DNA from: Cyanobacteria bacterium auto_48_18
Lineage (GTDB): Bacteria > Cyanobacteriota > Vampirovibrionia > Obscuribacterales > Obscuribacteraceae
DNA: 64,000 nucleotides
Direction: 5' to 3'
Assembly (NCBI GenBank): GCA_036170915.1
Contig: JAVHQC010000029.1
Coordinates: 96,001 to 160,000 of the forward strand
Part shown: positions 28,554-37,423 of the stretch, in pieces
How the letters are laid out: each line of letters opens with the position of its first letter
Position numbering within the stretch: position 1 is the first letter of the stretch
Notes under the pieces: generated by a model
The model's input: the letters and a program-made list of their open reading frames with translations, nothing else
What the model was told of the DNA's origin: nothing
Database searches by the model: none
Made by a program: the position numbers and the translations under genes

Positions 28554-29542
28554 AGTTACGCGTCTACTTTTTGATACTTCTAATTATGATTAGTTTGCAA
28601 AAATTCAATGCAATCTCTAAACCAATGTCGGGACAATTGAAGTTGCAGTATGGGGATTTACGGCCGTTTCTTATCGGTATCAGTCCACTCAATTATTTCG
28701 CAAGAGACAAAGAAACAATGCCCGCGGTAGCCAAATTAGCAAAAAAAATGGGCTATACCAATGTTAGTTTTTGTGGCGTTTTTCTTACGGCTGATCCCAA
28801 TTCAATCTTCATTCTACTCTCAGATGATTTGCATAAAGTTTCTAACGAACGATCGCTCTTACTGTTTTCAATTAACCGGAAATCTGGCAGCTCAAAATAT
28901 GTGCGCTCATTTACGTACAGACTGATACGCACCGTAGCTTTTGCTAATGAACTAAGTAGATTTGATCGGTTTTCTTTTCAAAAGAGTATGAATTACTCCT
29001 CTTCCAAAAAAAACAACTTATTAATCTCTGAGTCCATATTGGATTCTGCACTTCGCAGCAATCGCGAATTTAACGATGTGATGCGCTTCAAAGGCTGCAT
29101 ACCATACAAAGATGGACGAATGATATATTATCTAGAAACTGCTTTCCTATATGCTAAGCCGGTGGCTAAGAGACGTCTGTACGTTTCGGATAAGAGCAAT
29201 AAATCTATTGAATTTTGTTGTGAGTTCGATGAATCAATGAATATTGATGTCATGAATTCGGTTCTAAATTCCAATACCCTTGAGCAACTCCCAAAGCATA
29301 GTTTTCTCGAGTTGATTAAAGCACCAAAATGTCGCCTTTCTGACATTGACCCTAGACTAGTAGGCGGGGCTGCTGTATATGCGGAAATACGATTAAAGTT
29401 TCCATGTAGCGATCCTGACGTTCGAGGTTGGAAGCATGGACCACTATTGATAACTCTTTATTCTCTTAAGTCCTATGATCGCTGTGCTTTTTTTATGACA
29501 AACAAAGGACGAACAAAGCTCGAAGCTGTGTGGCTTAGATAG
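28550..29542 (+). CDS. putative immunity protein (signal peptide, AT-rich)
   Basis: ATG 28550 overlaps the RHS stop (ATGA). Hydrophobic leader MKLRVYFLILLIMISL. Visibly more AT-rich than neighbouring genes. 330 aa. Confidence 0.6.
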   Translation: MKLRVYFLILLIMISLQKFNAISKPMSGQLKLQYGDLRPFLIGISPLNYFARDKETMPAVAKLAKKMGYTNVSFCGVFLTADPNSIFILLSDDLHKVSNERSLLLFSINRKSGSSKYVRSFTYRLIRTVAFANELSRFDRFSFQKSMNYSSSKKNNLLISESILDSALRSNREFNDVMRFKGCIPYKDGRMIYYLETAFLYAKPVAKRRLYVSDKSNKSIEFCCEFDESMNIDVMNSVLNSNTLEQLPKHSFLELIKAPKCRLSDIDPRLVGGAAVYAEIRLKFPCSDPDVRGWKHGPLLITLYSLKSYDRCAFFMTNKGRTKLEAVWLR

Positions 29543-29756
29543 CTGACAAAGCGCAACTGATTCACATGGCGATTCTTGGGACGTAGATAATCTAGGAGTT
29601 ATGTTGGCCGTCAGCGGCGCATGTCAACTAAGTGGATTTAGAAGATCGATGAAAGCTCCACTCATTACTGTGTAAATCCATGCCGTCGAGCTGCGCTGAT
29701 AATAAGCAAGTAATAACCACTATTGAGAAGCGTAGCAAAGACAAATCTTAGTCCTT

Positions 29757-32582
29757 TCATTTCGAGATAATTGTGCTCGCGGCAATGCGCTCGGCATTTT
29801 CTTTCAGCCACCGTTGTGCACCTTCCGCATTTGAAAATTCACCCTCGCGCTGTGCTTCGCGAGCCGCTTCAAGCACGGTTTTAAATTGTGGACCAGGCTT
29901 CATATTGATAGCCAACAACATATTGCCATTAACAATCGGCTTCTCACCCAGCTTGCCTGATTGCTTTAAGTCTTCGAGTTTTTGCAAGAGAAAATCGCGG
30001 CGAGATTTATCAGAGTCTGGTTTTTTTGTGCCCGTCGCATCAGCGTGCTGAATTTCAATTAGATCCATGATGTCAGGCCGCTCTAAAAGAGCAGTGAGCT
30101 TACCTGGTCGTAAGCTTTGCACTTCATGCATAATCATATGCAGACGCACTAGCTCGGTTACGCGTTGTTCTTGATTGCTCGACATTTTTAAACGCCTGGC
30201 GATGTCGTGAGTTAATTCAGCACCTTTGGCGTCGTGGCCATGATTGCTGATGCCGCCATCAGGCCAGATTTTTTGCGTGGCCGGTTTACCCACATCGTGC
30301 AGGAGGCCGCCCATCATGCGTTCAAAATCACCACCGGTAAGATTCTTCAATACATATTTAGTGTGGGTCCAGACTGTTCCTTCCGGATGATGCACCGGAT
30401 CTTGCCTGCCCTTGGGCCCTCTTAGTTTATAAACTTCAGGCAGTACTTGTTTCATCAAACCAGAGTCCATCATAATTTGCATACCGCGCACCGGATTTGA
30501 TGACAGCAAGATGCCTTTGATCTCGTCCCGAATACGTTCATTTGATACGGCATGAATGCCTATGGAATTGGCTTTGATAGCAGCCAGGGTAGCCGGATCA
30601 ACTGTGAAGCCTTCGTATTTAGAAGCAAAGCGCGGCACACGCATCATGCGCAATTTGTCTTCGCTAAAGCGCAAATTAGGGTCACCCACCGCGCGAATAG
30701 TCTTGCCGGCAAGGTCGTGTTGACCACCGTAAAAGTCATAAATAGTTCCGCTAATTGGATCTTGAAACATAGCGTTAATTGTCAAATCTCGCCTGGCAGC
30801 ATCGGCCGACAGTGAAGTAACAAACTGCACTCCGTCTGGCCGGCGACCATCACTGTAAGTGCTTTCAGAGCGCAAAGTGGCGATTTCAAACTCTCGGCCG
30901 TTCACCACTACATTGATCACGCCAAAGGCTTTTCCTACCGGTATTACTTTGTAGCCCTGATCGATGAAAAGTTTTTCTACTTGATCAGGAGTGGCCGACG
31001 TGGCGATATCGTAATCTTTAGGAGTTTTGCGCATTAGCAAGTCACGCACAGCACCACCAGCGAAGACACCAATATGTTGTTTGTCTTGCAGTGTTTGCAC
31101 CAGGTGCGCACCGAGCTCGCGTTGATAGGCAGACTCAGCTTCAGCACTCAAGTCTGACTTAACTTCACCTTCTTCTAAATGTTCATTTTTCGGCTGTCCT
31201 TTTGCAGCAGGAGCAATGCCGTGATCATGATCGCCATGGAAATCTACTGCTGGTCTGAACTTGCCATTGCTGGCTTCAAAAAGAGAAAATTCCTGTTTCC
31301 AGTGTTGCTCATAAGTGAGTTGACCCACTTTCAAATTTGGTATCAGAGCCGCAAGCGATGCTACTTGCACTTCAGAAGGTTGAGAAACTTTTGTTTTGCC
31401 CAGCTCTGAATTTATTTTTGCCTCCGTGAAACGGGCATCGATCTCTTGAGTCAGTCTGGTTTCTCTAAACAATTGCCAGGCTTCAGTACTCTTACCATCT
31501 TGCAAAAGTTTGGCACTAGCCTGAAAATTCTGCTCTTGTGCGCCGTTACTTTTTTGACTTAAGTGTTTTAATTCATGACCTAGCTTTGCGGCATCAGCTC
31601 CCGCTTCCAGCTCCACTCGTTTTGTGCCGAGAGCCAGCGATTGAGGAGCATCACTCTGAATGCGTGCCCACGGATTTTCATTGACAATATTTTTAAATGT
31701 TGGCGAGGTAGCGGCGTCGCCGGCAAATTCAGTCTGCACCAGCCTATCAACTGGCACGCCGCGTCCTGTAGCCAGATTAAAATGATCGGCTGCCCGGGCC
31801 ATGGCTTTTTGACCCACAGGCAGAGCGTGACTCATTACTATTCCACCTGCAGCGGCCTTGACGAGAGTTTCGCCGTCGGCCAGTTTGCCTTCGGCAATGG
31901 CAGTCGACGTGAGAGTCTGCACGCCGCCACCAATTGCGCCTGTGGCTGTGCGGGTGAGGATGCGACCAACTAGGCCACTTTTAGCGGCCAGCATATTTCC
32001 CACTTCGAAAACGCCAAATCCGGCAGCGCCGGCAACACTGTTGCCCAGGCGAGACTCACCCTGGCGAACTTCTCTGGCACCGTCATAGGCAAAGGCACCG
32101 ACAACCGACGCCAGCGATTGGCTTTGCGCGAGCCTGGCAGCACCGCCTTCTAGAGCCAAACTTGAACCACCAGCTCTCATAGCGGAGCCCGCTGCCTTGC
32201 CGGCGATAACGTACGGAATAATTGCCCCCAGGCCGCCAGAGACAGTTTGCGCAGCCCAACCGGCTGACAAAAATTGGGCCTCAGCCACGTGCATGTGCTC
32301 GAAAGGTTTAATTAACGGAGCCGCATCGCCCTTACTTGCGCCCGCCCGACCTGTAGCATCATAAACAGCATTAATACCAGAAATAACTGTATTGGCCGGC
32401 TCAAGCACACCAGCGTTAAAAGCAGGAGCGACTACATTTTCTTTGACGGTGGTCAGTGTCTCTGAGACCAGATTAGCGCTGGCTTGCTGCCCTGCAGCTA
32501 CATAGGCGTCGCCCAGCTCCTTAAATTTCGGAGCCCTCAAATCGGAATCGCCAGTACTGTGAGGGGTGAGGGGCATGCCCAT
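29757..32582 (-). CDS. CCA-type tRNA nucleotidyltransferase with HD domain, fused to a ~490-aa N-terminal extension
   Basis: GGAVRDLL..DYDIAT, RRDLTINAM, FSEDKLRMMR, ERIRDE, HHPEG.VW.HT, LLHDVGK. The extension has Gly/Ala-rich helices and HELKH. Confidence 0.88.
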   Translation of the reverse strand: MGMPLTPHSTGDSDLRAPKFKELGDAYVAAGQQASANLVSETLTTVKENVVAPAFNAGVLEPANTVISGINAVYDATGRAGASKGDAAPLIKPFEHMHVAEAQFLSAGWAAQTVSGGLGAIIPYVIAGKAAGSAMRAGGSSLALEGGAARLAQSQSLASVVGAFAYDGAREVRQGESRLGNSVAGAAGFGVFEVGNMLAAKSGLVGRILTRTATGAIGGGVQTLTSTAIAEGKLADGETLVKAAAGGIVMSHALPVGQKAMARAADHFNLATGRGVPVDRLVQTEFAGDAATSPTFKNIVNENPWARIQSDAPQSLALGTKRVELEAGADAAKLGHELKHLSQKSNGAQEQNFQASAKLLQDGKSTEAWQLFRETRLTQEIDARFTEAKINSELGKTKVSQPSEVQVASLAALIPNLKVGQLTYEQHWKQEFSLFEASNGKFRPAVDFHGDHDHGIAPAAKGQPKNEHLEEGEVKSDLSAEAESAYQRELGAHLVQTLQDKQHIGVFAGGAVRDLLMRKTPKDYDIATSATPDQVEKLFIDQGYKVIPVGKAFGVINVVVNGREFEIATLRSESTYSDGRRPDGVQFVTSLSADAARRDLTINAMFQDPISGTIYDFYGGQHDLAGKTIRAVGDPNLRFSEDKLRMMRVPRFASKYEGFTVDPATLAAIKANSIGIHAVSNERIRDEIKGILLSSNPVRGMQIMMDSGLMKQVLPEVYKLRGPKGRQDPVHHPEGTVWTHTKYVLKNLTGGDFERMMGGLLHDVGKPATQKIWPDGGISNHGHDAKGAELTHDIARRLKMSSNQEQRVTELVRLHMIMHEVQSLRPGKLTALLERPDIMDLIEIQHADATGTKKPDSDKSRRDFLLQKLEDLKQSGKLGEKPIVNGNMLLAINMKPGPQFKTVLEAAREAQREGEFSNAEGAQRWLKENAERIAASTIISK

Positions 32583-32709
32583 ACTTTCCCCCAGAGCCCC
32601 AGGCCCGACAATGGGGAAATTAACACAGGCATTTAAAAATAGAAATCTTAATGCGCTGCCATTGGACCCTGGATATTGATAAAATCAGGGCCTTCGGCAA
32701 GAGTTTTTT

Positions 32710-33672
32710 ATGCAAATTATCAATCAGCGTAAAACTAAGTGGCATTTATCCTTGACGAAAGCGGCATGCCTGCTTGTCGCGTCAGTTGCGGCCACCCTTC
32801 CGGCCTGGGCCGAAAGACGTGCTGAGCACGTTTTCATTTTCAGCTTTGACGGCGGCAAACCAAGCGTTATGCAGCAAAGCAAAATGCCCACTGTTTTCAA
32901 ACTGTCTGAAGAAGGCGCCACCACCTGGACCGCCCGCACAACGTTTCCGAGCATAACTCTGACATCGCACACATCGATGCTCACCGGAGTAGGCCCCGAT
33001 AAACACCACGCGCTCTGGAATGAATGGGAACCAGATCGGGGCATCATCAAATCACCCACAATTTTCGCCCTGGCCACCAAAGAAAAGCTGACAACTGGAA
33101 TGTTTGTTGGCAAACCAAAATTTATTCACCTCTACCAGGCGCACTCAGTCAATCGTTTTTCTTTACCCTCATACGAATCTAAAGTCGTGGCGGCAAATGC
33201 TGCGCGCTATATCGAAGAGCGCAAACCAAACCTTTGCTTTATTCACTTGGCTGACCCAGACGGAGCCGGTCACCAGTTCGGTTGGGGTTCAAAAGAACAA
33301 ATTCAAGCTTTTGCAGATTCTGACGAGGCTTTAGCAACTGTGATGAAAGCCATTACTAAAGCAGGCATTGAGAAAACATCAGTGGTTATTCTCACCGCTG
33401 ACCATGGTGGACACGACCGCACACACGGCACAAACTCACCAGAAGACATGAATATTCCCTGGATAGTCTGGGGCGAAAGCGTCAAACCAGGTTTTAAAAT
33501 AACTGCTCCAGTCACCACATACGATACCTCGGCTACGGCATTATGGTTGCTTGATGTGCCCCTTCCAGAAAACTTCGATGGCAAACCAGTTACCAGCGCT
33601 TTTCTAGAAACTCACAACCAGATGGCTCAAGGCTCAGGTAAAACAACAGCCAGTGTGGAGTCGAGCAAGTAA
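32710..33672 (+). CDS. alkaline phosphatase superfamily / type I phosphodiesterase-nucleotide pyrophosphatase, secreted
   Basis: Signal peptide, FSFDG, PSITL.SH.SMLTG, DPDGAGH, LTADHGGH. Confidence 0.85.
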   Translation: MQIINQRKTKWHLSLTKAACLLVASVAATLPAWAERRAEHVFIFSFDGGKPSVMQQSKMPTVFKLSEEGATTWTARTTFPSITLTSHTSMLTGVGPDKHHALWNEWEPDRGIIKSPTIFALATKEKLTTGMFVGKPKFIHLYQAHSVNRFSLPSYESKVVAANAARYIEERKPNLCFIHLADPDGAGHQFGWGSKEQIQAFADSDEALATVMKAITKAGIEKTSVVILTADHGGHDRTHGTNSPEDMNIPWIVWGESVKPGFKITAPVTTYDTSATALWLLDVPLPENFDGKPVTSAFLETHNQMAQGSGKTTASVESSK

Positions 33673-33678
33673 TTTGTC

Positions 33679-34206
33679 CTAGCTACAAAAGTTTGAATAA
33701 TTATATTGGCTTTGAAAAGACGAGATCATCATAGCCGGAATGGCCACTCCAATGACGATCATTGCGATGCCCACCGAAATGTGACCAACCCTTTGCGCCT
33801 GTGTTTTTGCCGGCTTGAACATATGGCACAAGCCCATAATCACGCAAGTCACTCCGCCGAGCAAAAAGATCCAGCTCATTGCTTCTCGACTCTGCTCAGC
33901 TAATTTATAGGTGCGTTCATCTAAATAAAGAGAAGAGCCCTTAGTAGGAGGAATTTCGAAAAGCTCATTGGCAGATACTGGCTTAAGACTGTCCACAAAA
34001 TCTATGGCACTAAAGGGCGACAGGCGCGGCTTAGCAACAACTACACCATACTTGTGCGGCACACTGGTCGATAATGCCGCCCCCTGCGAGCTGCCCACAA
34101 TCATTTGAGCAAATGCCGGAGTAACGGCGCCGTTATTAGCAGCGAAGGCGGTGCCCGCGATCAACGCTAAACTCGATAACAATATTGCAGCTCTTTGATT
34201 AAACAT
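33679..34206 (-). CDS. hypothetical membrane protein (signal peptide plus two C-terminal TM helices)
   Basis: 175 aa, signal ending AFA, C-terminal TM hairpin. Confidence 0.6.
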   Translation of the reverse strand: MFNQRAAILLSSLALIAGTAFAANNGAVTPAFAQMIVGSSQGAALSTSVPHKYGVVVAKPRLSPFSAIDFVDSLKPVSANELFEIPPTKGSSLYLDERTYKLAEQSREAMSWIFLLGGVTCVIMGLCHMFKPAKTQAQRVGHISVGIAMIVIGVAIPAMMISSFQSQYNYSNFCS

Positions 34207-34438
34207 ACACGCGACCTCGTCAAACCTTAAGCATGTATTTCCCTGCTCATTGCGGATTCTAATAAGCTTCCTAGCCTGTATCCATCCTAGTCAAAGTGTC
34301 CAGGCTTGTCAGCAGGGTTAACCCTGAGTTCTTGTTTGCGTTAACAACTCGGCAACACCGTAAACCTATGGTGTAAATGTCTCCACCGGGCGACTTGCCA
34401 CGAGAGCTTTGGAAACACTTACTAGAGGGCGCATCAAC

Positions 34439-35875
34439 ATGACGTTAGAAGCAGGCATAGGAGCGAAAGTCGAGACAGCAATTGCTACTAATCCCGACAA
34501 GCCTAATTTCGGTGAAGTGTACAAAGATTGGAAGAACAACGAAAGTAAAGAAGAAAATCAAAAAGAACGCGCTGCAATAAATGAAGCGCTACACAAAGGT
34601 AAAAAGATACTTCCCTCTGTGTCAATTATCGATTTTGGCACCGTCGCTGCTGACGGTGGCATCGTTGATTATGTAGATACCTATGACTCTGAAACCAATA
34701 AGATGCAGCGGCGCGACCTGAAAGATTTTTCCGTCAAGCAAGAGAAAGATCTTACTGAAGAAATGAAGCGAGACGGGCTTAATGACGAGCAGGTTGTTAA
34801 ACTTTTGGCCGACTCAGTCGACAAGAATAAAGATAAACCGCAAACAACCACTGATGCTAAAGCCGATGTAAAACCTTACCAAATCCAGCCTGGCGACAAT
34901 CTTTGGAAAATCGCAAAGAACGAGCTAAATGAGATTAACAAAGCCAGCGGTGACGTCGATAAAAAACCTTCCACAAAAGATATTCAAGACTTCATTCAAA
35001 AAATACAGCAAGCCAACCAGAGCGGTGACGGTGCAATAGAAAATATTGACCGCATTTATGCCGGAAAAACATTGAACATACCTGTGGCGAAAACAAAGGC
35101 TGAGAAGTCCGACAGCAATTACGTAGCTCCTAATCCGGACGTAACACCTACTCCAGACAAAACTCCTACACAGGACGTAGTTAAAAATACCTCGGCTAGT
35201 ATTCCAGCCAGTCCATTTAAAGCCGAAGCAAATACCTACGCCAATCCTACAATTGGAGCTGATCAAGCCAAAGAAGAAGCAGAAGTATTGAACAAATACT
35301 TCGACAAGATGCGCACCTTAGACGGCGATCCATCCGGAGCAGAATATCTTACGGCTGATGAAATAAAAGGTTTCGTCGCTGCTTCTAAAGATAAAACAGC
35401 AATAGTCGAAGGTGAACCAATTCCTGATGCCCAAGAAATTGCAGCGTTGGAAAGAGCCGCCAAACACATACATCGCATCGCCGGTACTAATGACGACGAG
35501 TTCTTCTTCGAATCAAGCGGAGCGACTAGGAAAGACATAGAGGGTTTTGCTGAGCAAGAAAAAGAATTCGAAGGAAGGTATCAAGCACGGTTCTATCTGG
35601 ACAATCATTTCAACAATCTCGCCGGTGAAAAAAACGCTGTCTCAGTCAGCCAGATAAAAGAGTATCGGGAAAAACTTAGTGTTGATTCCACAAAAGCGGC
35701 AGAGTTGGTTGCCGTCGACAATCTGCTTGACCAGCTCAAGAAGGCTGGATATAGAGACGGCTCCCCTGTGCTGAGAGGTGATTCCAAGGAGATTCGCAAG
35801 GAAGTCCGCGGCTTCTCTTACCAAGAGCACGGTGGCGCATACATTCCAGTACCGGTGAAATCACCCACAAAATAA
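34439..35875 (+). CDS. LysM-domain protein with EF-hand-like motifs
   Basis: YQIQPGDNLWKIAK...IENIDRIYAGKTLNIP (LysM with an insert). DGDPSGAEYLTADEI is EF-hand-like. GAGG RBS before ATG 34439. Confidence 0.7.
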   Translation: MTLEAGIGAKVETAIATNPDKPNFGEVYKDWKNNESKEENQKERAAINEALHKGKKILPSVSIIDFGTVAADGGIVDYVDTYDSETNKMQRRDLKDFSVKQEKDLTEEMKRDGLNDEQVVKLLADSVDKNKDKPQTTTDAKADVKPYQIQPGDNLWKIAKNELNEINKASGDVDKKPSTKDIQDFIQKIQQANQSGDGAIENIDRIYAGKTLNIPVAKTKAEKSDSNYVAPNPDVTPTPDKTPTQDVVKNTSASIPASPFKAEANTYANPTIGADQAKEEAEVLNKYFDKMRTLDGDPSGAEYLTADEIKGFVAASKDKTAIVEGEPIPDAQEIAALERAAKHIHRIAGTNDDEFFFESSGATRKDIEGFAEQEKEFEGRYQARFYLDNHFNNLAGEKNAVSVSQIKEYREKLSVDSTKAAELVAVDNLLDQLKKAGYRDGSPVLRGDSKEIRKEVRGFSYQEHGGAYIPVPVKSPTK

Positions 35876-35897
35876 CCTGGTATTCCAGCCTTTCTCA

Positions 35898-35923
35898 AAA
35901 CTGAAACGTGCACGCTTCAGTTT
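35898..35923. terminator. inverted repeat between convergent genes, probable bidirectional terminator
   Basis: AAACTGAA-A-CGTGCACG-C-TTCAGTTT. Confidence 0.5.
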
Positions 35924-35974
35924 CGTAAAGAACCAAACCAGTAAGCATCAGCCAAATAAGATGCGTAGCGTCGA

Positions 35975-36658
35975 CTATTTGACGATGCGGTCCAAAATCT
36001 TAAGCACGCGATCGTCGTCGCTATCAAGGCGCAAGGCCTCGGCCAACACTTTGCCGGCTTCAGCTTTCTCACCGGTTGCTTCTAGCACCCGGCCAAGATT
36101 GTAATAGGCGTTTTCGTAATTTGGTTTTTGACTGATGGCCAATTTATATTCTTCGATGGCCGTTTTGTTGTCACCCACTGCCGAGAGCGCATTGCCTAAA
36201 ACAACGTGATAAATAGGTTGACTTTGATCGAGTTTAACGGCCTGCTGTGCTTGATCTAAAGCAGGTTGCGCCTTACCTTGATCTAGCAAGCAAACACTCA
36301 AATTAGAGTGAGCTTGATGCAGTTTCGGATCAAGTTCAATGGCCTTACGCAACTCAACTTCGGCAGCTTTCAAATCGTTGTTCTGTCTTAAAGCCCAACC
36401 GAGATCGTTGTGAGCGATAGCATCATTTGGTTTTTCAGCTACGACTTTGCGCAAGGTGTCTACAGATAGCTGGTTCTTGCCCTGAGCAGCGCTGGTCCAG
36501 CTGCCTGAGCGTCCGGCATTAAGAGCTTGAGCATCAGGACCCTTACCAGCTTCGTCAGAAGTCTCTTTCGCGAGTGCACCGCAGCTGATACCACTACCAG
36601 CCAGCGATATGGCCAGTGAAATTAAAGCGATTGAAGAGCAGCGAGAAACTTTATGCAT
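35975..36658 (-). CDS. secreted TPR-repeat protein
   Basis: Signal peptide after MHKVS..., and about four TPR repeats (AHNDLGWAL, AHSNLS, YHVVLGNAL, AYYNLGRVL). Confidence 0.8.
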   Translation of the reverse strand: MHKVSRCSSIALISLAISLAGSGISCGALAKETSDEAGKGPDAQALNAGRSGSWTSAAQGKNQLSVDTLRKVVAEKPNDAIAHNDLGWALRQNNDLKAAEVELRKAIELDPKLHQAHSNLSVCLLDQGKAQPALDQAQQAVKLDQSQPIYHVVLGNALSAVGDNKTAIEEYKLAISQKPNYENAYYNLGRVLEATGEKAEAGKVLAEALRLDSDDDRVLKILDRIVK

Positions 36659-36753
36659 GGCGAAATATAAACCCTTAACTAGGCAACAGTGACAAGCCAA
36701 AAGTTTACTACGACATGCAAATGCCAACCATGGATTGATTTAATTTTCGCAGA

Positions 36754-36939
36754 TTAGCCCGGAGGCCCAGCAATTGACCAAATGATGAAGCACATGCCCG
36801 CAGATACAACCATCAACGAAAAAATCAGCGATTCAAAGACATTCTTTGCATCTTCAAAAGCTTGATAGGTAAAGACACCGCCGCCACCGACGAAAATTGC
36901 GCCAATGATGAAAAGCAGAATTTTTTCAATCGGTTCCAT
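36754..36939 (-). CDS. small two-TM membrane protein
   Basis: 61 aa with two hydrophobic helices, co-oriented with its neighbours. Confidence 0.6.
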   Translation of the reverse strand: MEPIEKILLFIIGAIFVGGGGVFTYQAFEDAKNVFESLIFSLMVVSAGMCFIIWSIAGPPG

Positions 36940-37023
36940 TGTCTCTATCTTTATCTCTGTCTTTGGCTTGCTCTGTCTTTCCAGGCCAGGCTCATTACTA
37001 TCTTAAGAGCCTGGCGGGCGCGG

Positions 37024-37410
37024 TCAAGTGGTTTTTTTTACCGGCGGCAGGCTGCGCAGCGCCAAAATGACAATTAACATACTGACGAAACCTACACAGA
37101 CAAGCAATAACTGCACATATTTCTGGTCGCGATCGGTCCGCACCTTAAGGTTGCGGCGACCGAGGAATTTCCGCGGGCGCGAGGGAGGACGCGAGGTCTG
37201 CACCCGGGGAAGAAAGTCTAAATTGCGCAAAGTACCAGGCGGAAGGCTAGCTGCCATCTGTATTTGAGACGGCTGTGCATTCAAGCCGCGGTTGAGTGAG
37301 CCATCCGGCGGCATTGCCTCTTCGCTCTGAACCGGCCCACTCAGTGTCAGACAAAGCATGGCCAGCAATAAAGATGGCTTAAACGCCCCATATTTTCTTA
37401 AAACAGCCAT
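37024..37410 (-). CDS. hypothetical protein (signal peptide and C-terminal TM)
   Basis: 128 aa, directly downstream of amrS. Confidence 0.5.
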   Translation of the reverse strand: MAVLRKYGAFKPSLLLAMLCLTLSGPVQSEEAMPPDGSLNRGLNAQPSQIQMAASLPPGTLRNLDFLPRVQTSRPPSRPRKFLGRRNLKVRTDRDQKYVQLLLVCVGFVSMLIVILALRSLPPVKKTT

Positions 37411-37423
37411 TAATCCAAATACT

